Source of the DNA: Candidatus Norongarragalinales archaeon
GTDB lineage: Archaea; Micrarchaeota; Micrarchaeia; Norongarragalinales; Norongarragalinaceae
Reading direction: 5' to 3'
Assembly (NCBI GenBank): GCA_038884755.1
Contig: JAWABJ010000001.1
Coordinates: 153,792-217,791 of the forward strand
Length of the DNA: 64,000 nt
Shown: positions 35,793 through 43,183 of the stretch, in pieces
How the letters are laid out: every line of letters starts with the position of its first letter
Numbering within the stretch: position 1 is the stretch's first letter
Made by a program: the position numbers and the translations under genes
Notes under the pieces: generated by a model
Database searches by the model: none
What the model was told of the DNA's origin: nothing
The model's input: the letters and a program-made list of their open reading frames with translations, nothing else

Positions 35793-37670
35793 ATGTTTGT
35801 CGCGCTTTTGTTTCTCTTGAGTTCGCTTTACTCCGGGTTCGTCGCCGCGAAAAAACTCGGCATTCTGGATACCGAAATCAAGCGGCTTTCGATTGGTTTT
35901 CTCGCGGGTTTCGTGCTGCAAAGCGCGTTTTTGCTCGCGCTGTCGTGGCTTTCCGGCGGGCTTGAGGAGCAATGGATTCTGCTTTCGTCGGTTGTTTTCG
36001 TTTTGGCCGCTTTCGCTTTCGACAGGCGTTTCGCCGTTGCGAGATTGAGGGAAAGGAGGCTTCCTTTCGTTTCCAACGCGGACAGGATTGCCCTCGCTTT
36101 TTCCCTGTTGTTTCTTGCCTTGAATTTCCTTGCAATCCTGCATCCCACGCAAACCGGCTTCGAGTCTGTGGCGAGCGTTTGGGGGGATTATCCCCTGCAT
36201 TTGAGCATAGCGAATTCCTTCGCATTGCGGGACAATTTTCCGCCGCAATACCCCGTTTTGCTGGGAGAGCCTTTGAAATACTCTTTCCTGTTCGACTTCA
36301 GTTCCGCAATACTGTTGAAAGGCGGTTTCGACTTCCGTTCGGCATTCCTTGTGCCAAACGCCTTGGTTTTCGTGGCTTTCGCGCTGGCGCTGGTGCTGTT
36401 GTGCGAGCTTTTCGCCGGAAGCAAGGGAAGGGTTTTGTTCGTTTTCCTGGCTTTCGCATTGTTTTTCTTCAACGGGAACTACGGGATGGCGGGCGCGCTT
36501 GAAGACGCTTTTTCGCAGGGAAGCCTGTCGCCGCTTTTGCACCCCGACCGCAATTATTCCAACGCAGACGACAAGGGCGTGGTGGTGATGAACTGGGTTT
36601 ACTCCATTCTCATGCCGGCGAGAAGCGCTTTGTTGGGCCTGGCAATTTCGGTTTTCACTTACGCCGTGCTTTTCTCGAGCGTGTTGAATTCGCGTTGGAA
36701 CAGGCGGGAGCTTTTTGCAGCGGGCGTTTTGGCCGGGCTTTTGCCTCTAGCCCACGCGCACTCGCTAGTGGTTGTTGGTGCGGTTGCCGGGTTTTTGTTC
36801 CTGTTTTCCGTGCGAAAGTGGAAAGAGTGGGTTTTTTTCGCCGGTCCCGCCGCAGTTATTGCCTTGCCGCAGTTGGCTTGGCTTTCTTCCAAGGTTTTCT
36901 TCAAAATTTTTCCCGGTTGGCTTTCGCCGGAAAAAAGCTTTCTAGGTGTTGCAGAGTTTTGGGTCAAGAATGGGTGGGCCGTGCTCCTTTGCTTTGCGGC
37001 TTGGCTTGCGTTCGCTTTGAAAAGCAATGACTGGAAAAGACTGGCTCTCGCCGCTCCCTTCGCCTTGGTTTTCGTGCTTGCGAACCTCTTCGTGCTTCAA
37101 CCGTGGGAGTGGGACAACACCAAGTTTTTCATGCAATTCTTTCTTTTCGCCTGCATTGCAAGCGCGTTGTTCCTGGAGTCGCTGTGGACGGCACAAGGAA
37201 AACAACGAATTTTGCACAAGGCGGTCGTTGTCGTGATAGTGCTTTTGGGAGTTGCGTCGGGAGTGCTGGCAATATTGTGGACCGGCTGGGGGGACAACGC
37301 GCGTTACGAGACGTTCTCGAAAGAGGACGTTGCGCTTGCTGCATGGATAACTGTCAACACGCCTAGCGGCGCGTTGTTTTTGAGTTCCACTTTCCACCAT
37401 AATCCAGTGCCTGCTCTGGCCGGAAGGCAGATTGTGGCCGGGTACGAAGGCTGGCTGTGGAGCCACGGGCTAAACTACCAAAAGACTTTGCAGGACGCCA
37501 AGAAAATGTTCGAAGAGGCGGACTGCCGTTTGATGGGCGAGTACGGAGTTGATTTCGTGCTTGTAAGAAAAACGTGGGAGGATGCGGCGTTGTACGAAGG
37601 AAAAGGTTTCGAAAGGGTTTATTCCGACCGACGCGGGAACATGGTTTTCAAGTCCAATTGCATTGCATAG
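35793..37670 (+). CDS. Multi-TM GT-C-type glycosyltransferase-like protein
   Basis: WGDYPLH loop, FPPQYPVLLGEPLKYSFLFD, WDNTKF, C-terminal W-x3-NTP soluble domain; paralogue of 17552-19489. Confidence 0.78.
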   Translation: MFVALLFLLSSLYSGFVAAKKLGILDTEIKRLSIGFLAGFVLQSAFLLALSWLSGGLEEQWILLSSVVFVLAAFAFDRRFAVARLRERRLPFVSNADRIALAFSLLFLALNFLAILHPTQTGFESVASVWGDYPLHLSIANSFALRDNFPPQYPVLLGEPLKYSFLFDFSSAILLKGGFDFRSAFLVPNALVFVAFALALVLLCELFAGSKGRVLFVFLAFALFFFNGNYGMAGALEDAFSQGSLSPLLHPDRNYSNADDKGVVVMNWVYSILMPARSALLGLAISVFTYAVLFSSVLNSRWNRRELFAAGVLAGLLPLAHAHSLVVVGAVAGFLFLFSVRKWKEWVFFAGPAAVIALPQLAWLSSKVFFKIFPGWLSPEKSFLGVAEFWVKNGWAVLLCFAAWLAFALKSNDWKRLALAAPFALVFVLANLFVLQPWEWDNTKFFMQFFLFACIASALFLESLWTAQGKQRILHKAVVVVIVLLGVASGVLAILWTGWGDNARYETFSKEDVALAAWITVNTPSGALFLSSTFHHNPVPALAGRQIVAGYEGWLWSHGLNYQKTLQDAKKMFEEADCRLMGEYGVDFVLVRKTWEDAALYEGKGFERVYSDRRGNMVFKSNCIA

Positions 37671-38698
37671 TCGGCAAGCTGTTTGAATGCAAACGCCGCA
37701 AGAACTACGAGCGGGACTTGCAGGAACACTATGAACCTGTCCATGAAGACGCGCACGCCCACCAAGTCGTTTTTGATGAAGGCGAAGCCCGCGAGCGCCA
37801 ACGCTATCAAAAGCAGCTCCCTGTCTCTCGGCTGGAAAAAGTTTCTAGCCGCGAGCAGCACAAACCCAAGCACGCTTCCGGCAGTCAAAACCAACCCGTT
37901 CTTTTCCAAAAACAAGTCGAATCCCACTGGGTTGCCTTCGTGGTTTGAAAACTGGGCTATGTCGAAAATGTTGGCGTTGCCTGTCGCTATAAAGTGCCAT
38001 CCGACGTATGCAATAAGAGCCAGTGCCCAGCACAACAATGCGGTCCAAGCGCTTTCCGAAGGCATTGCGACTTTCCTCGTTTGGGCGAATTGGGAGAAAA
38101 CCTTGAGCGCGGCGAAAGCGAACGCTCCCGCCGCAAGGAACGCGATTGTTTCCTGGTGGACCATGGCGATTGCAAAAGTCAAAAGCAACGCCGTTTTCCG
38201 CTTGTTGCGGGCGATGGCGTAGAAGGCGAAGGGAAGCAAAGCCAGTCCCAGCCCCTGCGGCAGCGGGCGGACGGTATAAATGAGCAGTTCGGCGGGAAGG
38301 GAAGCGAAAAACGCTGCCGCCAGTCCCGTGAAGTCGTCGAACACCTCTCTTGCAAACAGGAAAAAGCCTATGGGCAAAAGAATTGCGAAAAGCATCACCA
38401 GCATTCTTTGCGCGAAATCCACGTCTTGCAAAACGAACGTGGTTCCCGCAAGCAAGAGCCTGTAGCCCGGAACGTAAAGCGCCGGAATCCCGCCGCCGTA
38501 AGAGTAATCGTTTTGCAGCGGGTATTCGCCGTGCTTGAGAATGTGCTGTGCGAAAGCAACGTGGATGTTGGTGTTGCCGTACGTGGGGTAGTACCACTCT
38601 TTCCAAACCATCGAGTGCGAGTGGAGGCTTGTCACGACCGCAATGAAAAGCAGTGCGTAAACCAAAAGCTTGTCCTTGTCCAGGTTGCGCAAATCCAT
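37619..38698 (-). CDS. GT-C-like membrane domain lacking the C-terminal soluble domain
   Basis: YPTYGNTNIH...YP..DYSYGGGIPALYVPGY first loop, GLAAAFF, multiple TMs, ends shortly after DRF plus one TM. Confidence 0.7.
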   Translation of the reverse strand: MDLRNLDKDKLLVYALLFIAVVTSLHSHSMVWKEWYYPTYGNTNIHVAFAQHILKHGEYPLQNDYSYGGGIPALYVPGYRLLLAGTTFVLQDVDFAQRMLVMLFAILLPIGFFLFAREVFDDFTGLAAAFFASLPAELLIYTVRPLPQGLGLALLPFAFYAIARNKRKTALLLTFAIAMVHQETIAFLAAGAFAFAALKVFSQFAQTRKVAMPSESAWTALLCWALALIAYVGWHFIATGNANIFDIAQFSNHEGNPVGFDLFLEKNGLVLTAGSVLGFVLLAARNFFQPRDRELLLIALALAGFAFIKNDLVGVRVFMDRFIVFLQVPLVVLAAFAFKQLADYAMQLDLKTMFPRRSE

Positions 38699-38702
38699 GA
38701 AA

Positions 38703-39212
38703 TCACGGTTTCTTTACTTTGTAAATCCTGTGCCCGTTGTCGAAAACCTTTTCGAAGTACTGAGAATCGCCGAATATGGTGTAGTCCGCCCCTTTCCAAG
38801 TGAACCCGGGGAACAGAGACCGGTCGGGCACCCAGACGTATTCGGCGCGGTATTTCAACGCGGTTTCCCACGCTTGCCTTCCGCTTTTGGCTTCGTAAAA
38901 ATTGTATTGGATGTCGTGCATTCTCTGCACTACGTTCGGCACTATCGCCCAATCCCCGCCTTCGGTTCCTTCGCGCAGCACGCTCATCAAAAGCTCTCCG
39001 CCGAAAATGTCGCTCACGAACACCGTGCGTTCGGGCGTGTTTTGCAAAACCCATTCCAGCGCGGATACCTCGTTTTTGGAAACGACGGGGTTCATCCAGG
39101 GCTTCGCCTGGTTGAGCGCAGCGTCAAAATCCTTGTTGGCGAAGTAAATGACGAGTGCGAAAAGCAAGAGCACCGGAACGTATTGCAGTGCCTTGCGGGC
39201 GTCGGATTCCAT
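38703..39212 (-). CDS. Single-TM protein carrying a GT-C/AglB-like C-terminal soluble domain
   Basis: TM then EVSALEWVLQNTPERTVFVSD...KYRAEYVWV...FEKVFDNGHRIYKV, matching the C-terminal domain pattern of 35793-37670. Confidence 0.7.
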   Translation of the reverse strand: MESDARKALQYVPVLLLFALVIYFANKDFDAALNQAKPWMNPVVSKNEVSALEWVLQNTPERTVFVSDIFGGELLMSVLREGTEGGDWAIVPNVVQRMHDIQYNFYEAKSGRQAWETALKYRAEYVWVPDRSLFPGFTWKGADYTIFGDSQYFEKVFDNGHRIYKVKKP

Positions 39213-39267
39213 GTCCTATTCCTTTCAACCACTAAAAATTTAAGTGCTTTCACGCGGTTCTATTGCC

Positions 39268-39927
39268 ATGCAAAAAGACGTGAGGAAAGTTTACGACGCG
39301 ATTGCCGAACGCTGGAACGAGAGGCACTACAAAACGCGTTCTTGGGTCAGGTTTTTCAGGCCGATGCTCAAGAAAAACGACGTTGTGCTGGACGCGGGCT
39401 GCGGCAACGGCGTGAACGCAATTTCGTTCGCCCCTTTCGTCCGCAAAATCTACGCGGTCGACTTCTCGCCGAAAATGGTTGAATACGCGAAGCGCAACGT
39501 CCGCAAAGCCAAGCTTTCAAAAAAAATCATTGCGAGCAAGGCTGACGTGCTCAAGCTTCCCTTCAAAAATTCTTTCTTCAACGTTGCGGCGTATTTCGCG
39601 GTCGCCCACCATTTTTCCGGAAAGCGGGAATTGCAATTGCTTTTTTCCGAAATGAGCCGGGTTTTGAAGAAAAAGGGGTTTGCTTTCGTGACCGTGCGCT
39701 GCGAAGGCTGGTCTGCCCAGGAGGCTGGCAAAGCAGTGTTTTTCAATTACGCCGGCAAAACAGGGTTGACTTTGCCGAGAATCTACAGTTCTCCAGGCAA
39801 GAAAACCCTGGTTTCCGTTGCGTCGAAAAGCGGGCTTGCGCTTCGAAAGTTTTTCTTCGAGAGGAAGGGCAGGCTTTGCACGAAACGCGAAGCGCGAAAC
39901 TTTTGCCTGGTTTTCCAAAAGCTTTGA
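39268..39927 (+). CDS. Class I SAM-dependent methyltransferase (Trm9/ALKBH8-like start)
   Basis: VRKVYDAIA, VLDAGCGNG, AVDFS, ADVLKLPF, AVAHH. Confidence 0.85.
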   Translation: MQKDVRKVYDAIAERWNERHYKTRSWVRFFRPMLKKNDVVLDAGCGNGVNAISFAPFVRKIYAVDFSPKMVEYAKRNVRKAKLSKKIIASKADVLKLPFKNSFFNVAAYFAVAHHFSGKRELQLLFSEMSRVLKKKGFAFVTVRCEGWSAQEAGKAVFFNYAGKTGLTLPRIYSSPGKKTLVSVASKSGLALRKFFFERKGRLCTKREARNFCLVFQKL

Positions 39928-40578
39928 TTACTTCTTGCGCAAAACCAAAAACAAGTGGTCTTGCTCGAACGGCTCCAAGGGGATTTCCTGCTCGATTTCG
40001 AAAGCCTCGGAAAGGGTTTTTTTCACTTTCGCGTACACGCGCGCAGGTTCTTCGACGGAATTTATTGCGCGTGACTTGATTGCAATCAGCGCATAACCCC
40101 CTTTCGCGAGAAAACGGGAGTTCGCGTTGAGTATTTCCGCCTGCTGGGGGTCTGCAACATCCTCGAAAACCACATCGACAGAGCCGATTTCCTCGTAATT
40201 CTCGGGCTTGCGCGCGTCGGCAAGGATGGGTATCATGTTGCCCCGTTTTTCGCACACGCTGATTAAATCGCGCATGGCGATGGGTGCTACTTCAATGCAG
40301 TAAACTTCCCCTTTGCTTCCCACTATGTCGCTTACGAACGAGGGCGTGGCGCCGTGTGCTGCGCCCAAATAAAGGACTTTAGACCCTTTGGTTATGGGCA
40401 TGTGCTTGATGCCTTTCGCAATCGCCGCGCAAAGCTTGCTTTGGTGGGGGTTCCACTCGCGGTATTGAATTCCTTTTTCCTCGACGAGCTTTTCCCCGTG
40501 CACCTTGAATCCTTTGAGGGAATTGCGCGTGTAGAAAAAGCTGTTTTGCGCGTAAATCCCCGGAAAAATTTCTTTCAC
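39928..40578 (-). CDS. flpA: Fibrillarin-like box C/D methyltransferase
   Basis: VHGEKL, YREWNP..SKLCAAI, VLYLGAAHGAT, PILADAR, DVADPQQ, LEPFEQDH. Confidence 0.96.
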   Translation of the reverse strand: MKEIFPGIYAQNSFFYTRNSLKGFKVHGEKLVEEKGIQYREWNPHQSKLCAAIAKGIKHMPITKGSKVLYLGAAHGATPSFVSDIVGSKGEVYCIEVAPIAMRDLISVCEKRGNMIPILADARKPENYEEIGSVDVVFEDVADPQQAEILNANSRFLAKGGYALIAIKSRAINSVEEPARVYAKVKKTLSEAFEIEQEIPLEPFEQDHLFLVLRKK

Positions 40579-40598
40579 GCGTCACAGCACCTGAAGAG

Positions 40599-41576
40599 TC
40601 AGCGCCTGCCTTTGTTGAAGCGCTTGAAAGGCTTTTTGCCGAACGATTTTCCGCTCCCGCCGTGGAAAGGCCTGCCTTCGACCGGCCTTCCGCCGAATCT
40701 CCTTTCGCCAAACGGCTTGCGCCTGTAATCGTCTTCCCTGCTGCCCTCGCGGTAGTTGTGCTTAGGCTTTTCGGACTGCGGTTTGATTGGCGTTTCCTGG
40801 ATTTGTTTCAAGCGCTTTTCGAAATGCTCCTTGAGCTTTGGCGCGATGAAGTGGTGAGTGTAGAAGTCAGCCTTAGCGGCAATCGCCAGTTTGGTTGCAA
40901 GCGCGCGCGCGATGCGCCCGCGCTGGTGCATAGGCGCGGAGTTTATTGCAGGATGCTGGAATATGATGCCGTGCTTCGGTGGGCGCGTGTGTTGTCTTAA
41001 GTGTTTGAACAAACTCTTTTCGGCGCCAATTACTTGAATGGTTGAAGCTGGCATTTCCGCCAGGTTTTTGAGCGAGCCTGCGAGCGCAAGAAGCCTTGCG
41101 GCGAGCAGCGGGTCGAGCAAATACGTCACGTTCTTGAGCTCTTTTTCAACCATGCCTTTCACGTATTCCTCAGTCTCTTTCCTCGCTTCCATGATTTCGG
41201 CTATTTGCTTTGCGAAAACTTGAACAGCCTTAGAGTCTTCCTTGTCGAACTTCGCTCCATAACTGGATTCAGAGGCGACCATGATGGCGTTTGCCTTCGA
41301 CTCGCTGGCTATTTCAGCAAGCTTTTTCTCCTCATAGTGCTCTTTGCTTCCGAACTCTGCCGCTATTCGCGCGAGCACGTCTTCGTTCACGCGCAAGTCG
41401 GGAAAATTGACTTTATACCATTCGTTGAGCCTTTGCTGGAGTAGGCTTTTGACTTCGTCCAAATCGTCTATGCTACGTACGGCTTGGATGATCAACGCGT
41501 CTTTTTGGGACAAAGCTTCCTGGGTTTGCTTTTTCGCCTTTTCCAAGAACTTTTTCCTAGTTTCAAGAGCCTTCAC
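40599..41576 (-). CDS. nop5: Nop5 (Nop56/58) box C/D sRNP core protein
   Basis: MPASTIQVIGAEKSLF, PPKHGIIFQHP, RGRIARALATKLAIAAKAD; GTG start at 41576 after AAGGGTGG RBS; basic Gly/Arg/Phe tail. Confidence 0.95.
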   Translation of the reverse strand: MKALETRKKFLEKAKKQTQEALSQKDALIIQAVRSIDDLDEVKSLLQQRLNEWYKVNFPDLRVNEDVLARIAAEFGSKEHYEEKKLAEIASESKANAIMVASESSYGAKFDKEDSKAVQVFAKQIAEIMEARKETEEYVKGMVEKELKNVTYLLDPLLAARLLALAGSLKNLAEMPASTIQVIGAEKSLFKHLRQHTRPPKHGIIFQHPAINSAPMHQRGRIARALATKLAIAAKADFYTHHFIAPKLKEHFEKRLKQIQETPIKPQSEKPKHNYREGSREDDYRRKPFGERRFGGRPVEGRPFHGGSGKSFGKKPFKRFNKGRR

Positions 41577-41619
41577 TGTTAACCACCCTTCCGTAGAAAA
41601 GCAAAATAACCGTTTTAAA

Positions 41620-41633
41620 ACTCTATATAGAGT
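41620..41633. promoter_or_regulatory. Perfect 14-bp palindrome in the nop5/glyS divergent promoter
   Basis: ACTCTATATAGAGT, adjacent to TTTTAAAA. Confidence 0.45.
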
Positions 41634-41681
41634 AAGATAGTAGCAGGGCGTTTTTAATCCCCGCGATTGAAGTGTGTTGAA

Positions 41682-43169
41682 ATGTCTCAAGCTCAAGGGA
41701 AAATAGACAAGGTCGTCAACCTGTGTTCGAGGCGCGGGTTGGTTTTCCCGAATTCCGAAATCTACTCTCCTCTCGGCGGGTTTTTCGACTACGCGCACTA
41801 CGGACTCGCGATTAAAAAAAGAATCGCAAGTGCGTGGTGGGATTACTTCGTCAAGCAAAGGGAGGACGTAGTGGGTTTGGACGGCTCGATAATCTCCTCG
41901 CCCAAGGTTTGGAAAGCGAGCGGGCATCTTGAAAACTTTACCGACCCGCTGGTGGAATGCAAGAAATGCAAATCGCGCTTTCGCGCAGACCAGCTCGTGC
42001 GCGATGAATTAAAGCTTGAAGTGGAAGGGCTGGACGAAAAAACGCTGGCGAAACTCATTAGCGAGCACAAGCTCGTGTGCGAAAAGTGCAGGGGAGAGCT
42101 TGCTGAAGCGAAGACGTTCAATTTGATGTTCAAGACGCAAGTGGGCGTTATTGAAGACGATGCGAACGCAGTTTTCCTTCGCCCCGAGACGGCGCAAACT
42201 ATTTTCGCGGACTTCAAGTCAATCGCTGGTTTCGCGCGCAAAAAGCTTCCTTTCGGAATAGCGCAAATTGGAAAGGCGTTTAGAAACGAAATTTCTCCAA
42301 GGAATTTTCTTTTTCGCGCGCGAGAGTTCGAACAGATGGAATTGGAGTTTTTCCTGCACCCTAACAAAAGTCCGCGTTTCGATAAAATAAAGCTCAACCA
42401 AAAAATCAAGGTTTTTACCGCACGCGCCCAGTCTCAAAAAAGTGGGTTGGTTGAAAAAAGCGTGGAAAAGCTGTTTGAAGAAAAGATTGTTTCTAACGAA
42501 TGGCTGGTGTACTGGCTTGCCGAAGCGTGGTTTTTCTTGACTGAAGAACTGGGACTGAAGAAAGAGAATCTGCGAATGCGCCAGCATGTCGCTACCGAGT
42601 TGTCGCACTATTCGAAAGAAACCTGGGACGTGGAATATGATTATCCAGAGTGGGGCTGGAAGGAACTCGTGGGAATAGCCAACCGCGGGGACTTCGACTT
42701 GCAGCAGCACCAAAAGCATTCAGGTAAAGACCTTTCGGTTTTCGACGAAGAGTCGAAGCAAAAGGTTCTGCCGACAGTCATCGAGCCTTCCTTCGGCTTG
42801 GACAGGCTTTTCTTCACGGTGCTTATCGATTCTTTCGAAGAAGAGGGTGAGAAGACTGTTTTGAAGCTCGAAAGGCGGATAGCGCCTCTCGACTGCGCGG
42901 TTTTCCCTCTGATGGCGAAAGACGGGCTGGACGAAAAAGCGAGAGAGGTTTTCGAAATGCTCAAGCACCTCGGGTTGGAGTGCGAGTACGACGAGAGAGG
43001 AAGCATTGGAAAGCGCTACGCTCGCATGGACGAAATCGGAGTGCCACTATGCATTACTGTCGATTACGATTCTTTGGAAAAGAACGATTGCACCGTGCGC
43101 TATCGCGATTCGGGAAAGCAGGAAAGGGTTTTAATCACTCTTTTGCCTGAAAAACTGCATTCTGCCTGA
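41682..43169 (+). CDS. glyS: Glycyl-tRNA synthetase (alpha2 type)
   Basis: LRPETAQ, FRNEISPR..FRAREFEQME, ELVGIANRGDFDL, IEPSFG, SIGKRYARMDEIG. Confidence 0.97.
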   Translation: MSQAQGKIDKVVNLCSRRGLVFPNSEIYSPLGGFFDYAHYGLAIKKRIASAWWDYFVKQREDVVGLDGSIISSPKVWKASGHLENFTDPLVECKKCKSRFRADQLVRDELKLEVEGLDEKTLAKLISEHKLVCEKCRGELAEAKTFNLMFKTQVGVIEDDANAVFLRPETAQTIFADFKSIAGFARKKLPFGIAQIGKAFRNEISPRNFLFRAREFEQMELEFFLHPNKSPRFDKIKLNQKIKVFTARAQSQKSGLVEKSVEKLFEEKIVSNEWLVYWLAEAWFFLTEELGLKKENLRMRQHVATELSHYSKETWDVEYDYPEWGWKELVGIANRGDFDLQQHQKHSGKDLSVFDEESKQKVLPTVIEPSFGLDRLFFTVLIDSFEEEGEKTVLKLERRIAPLDCAVFPLMAKDGLDEKAREVFEMLKHLGLECEYDERGSIGKRYARMDEIGVPLCITVDYDSLEKNDCTVRYRDSGKQERVLITLLPEKLHSA

Positions 43170-43183
43170 TTTGCCTGTTAAGT

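Noticed and set aside
41577..41927. N-terminal extension of Nop5 given in the ORF track
   Set aside because: It overlaps glyS on the opposite strand; an RBS and GTG at 41576 give a more plausible start.
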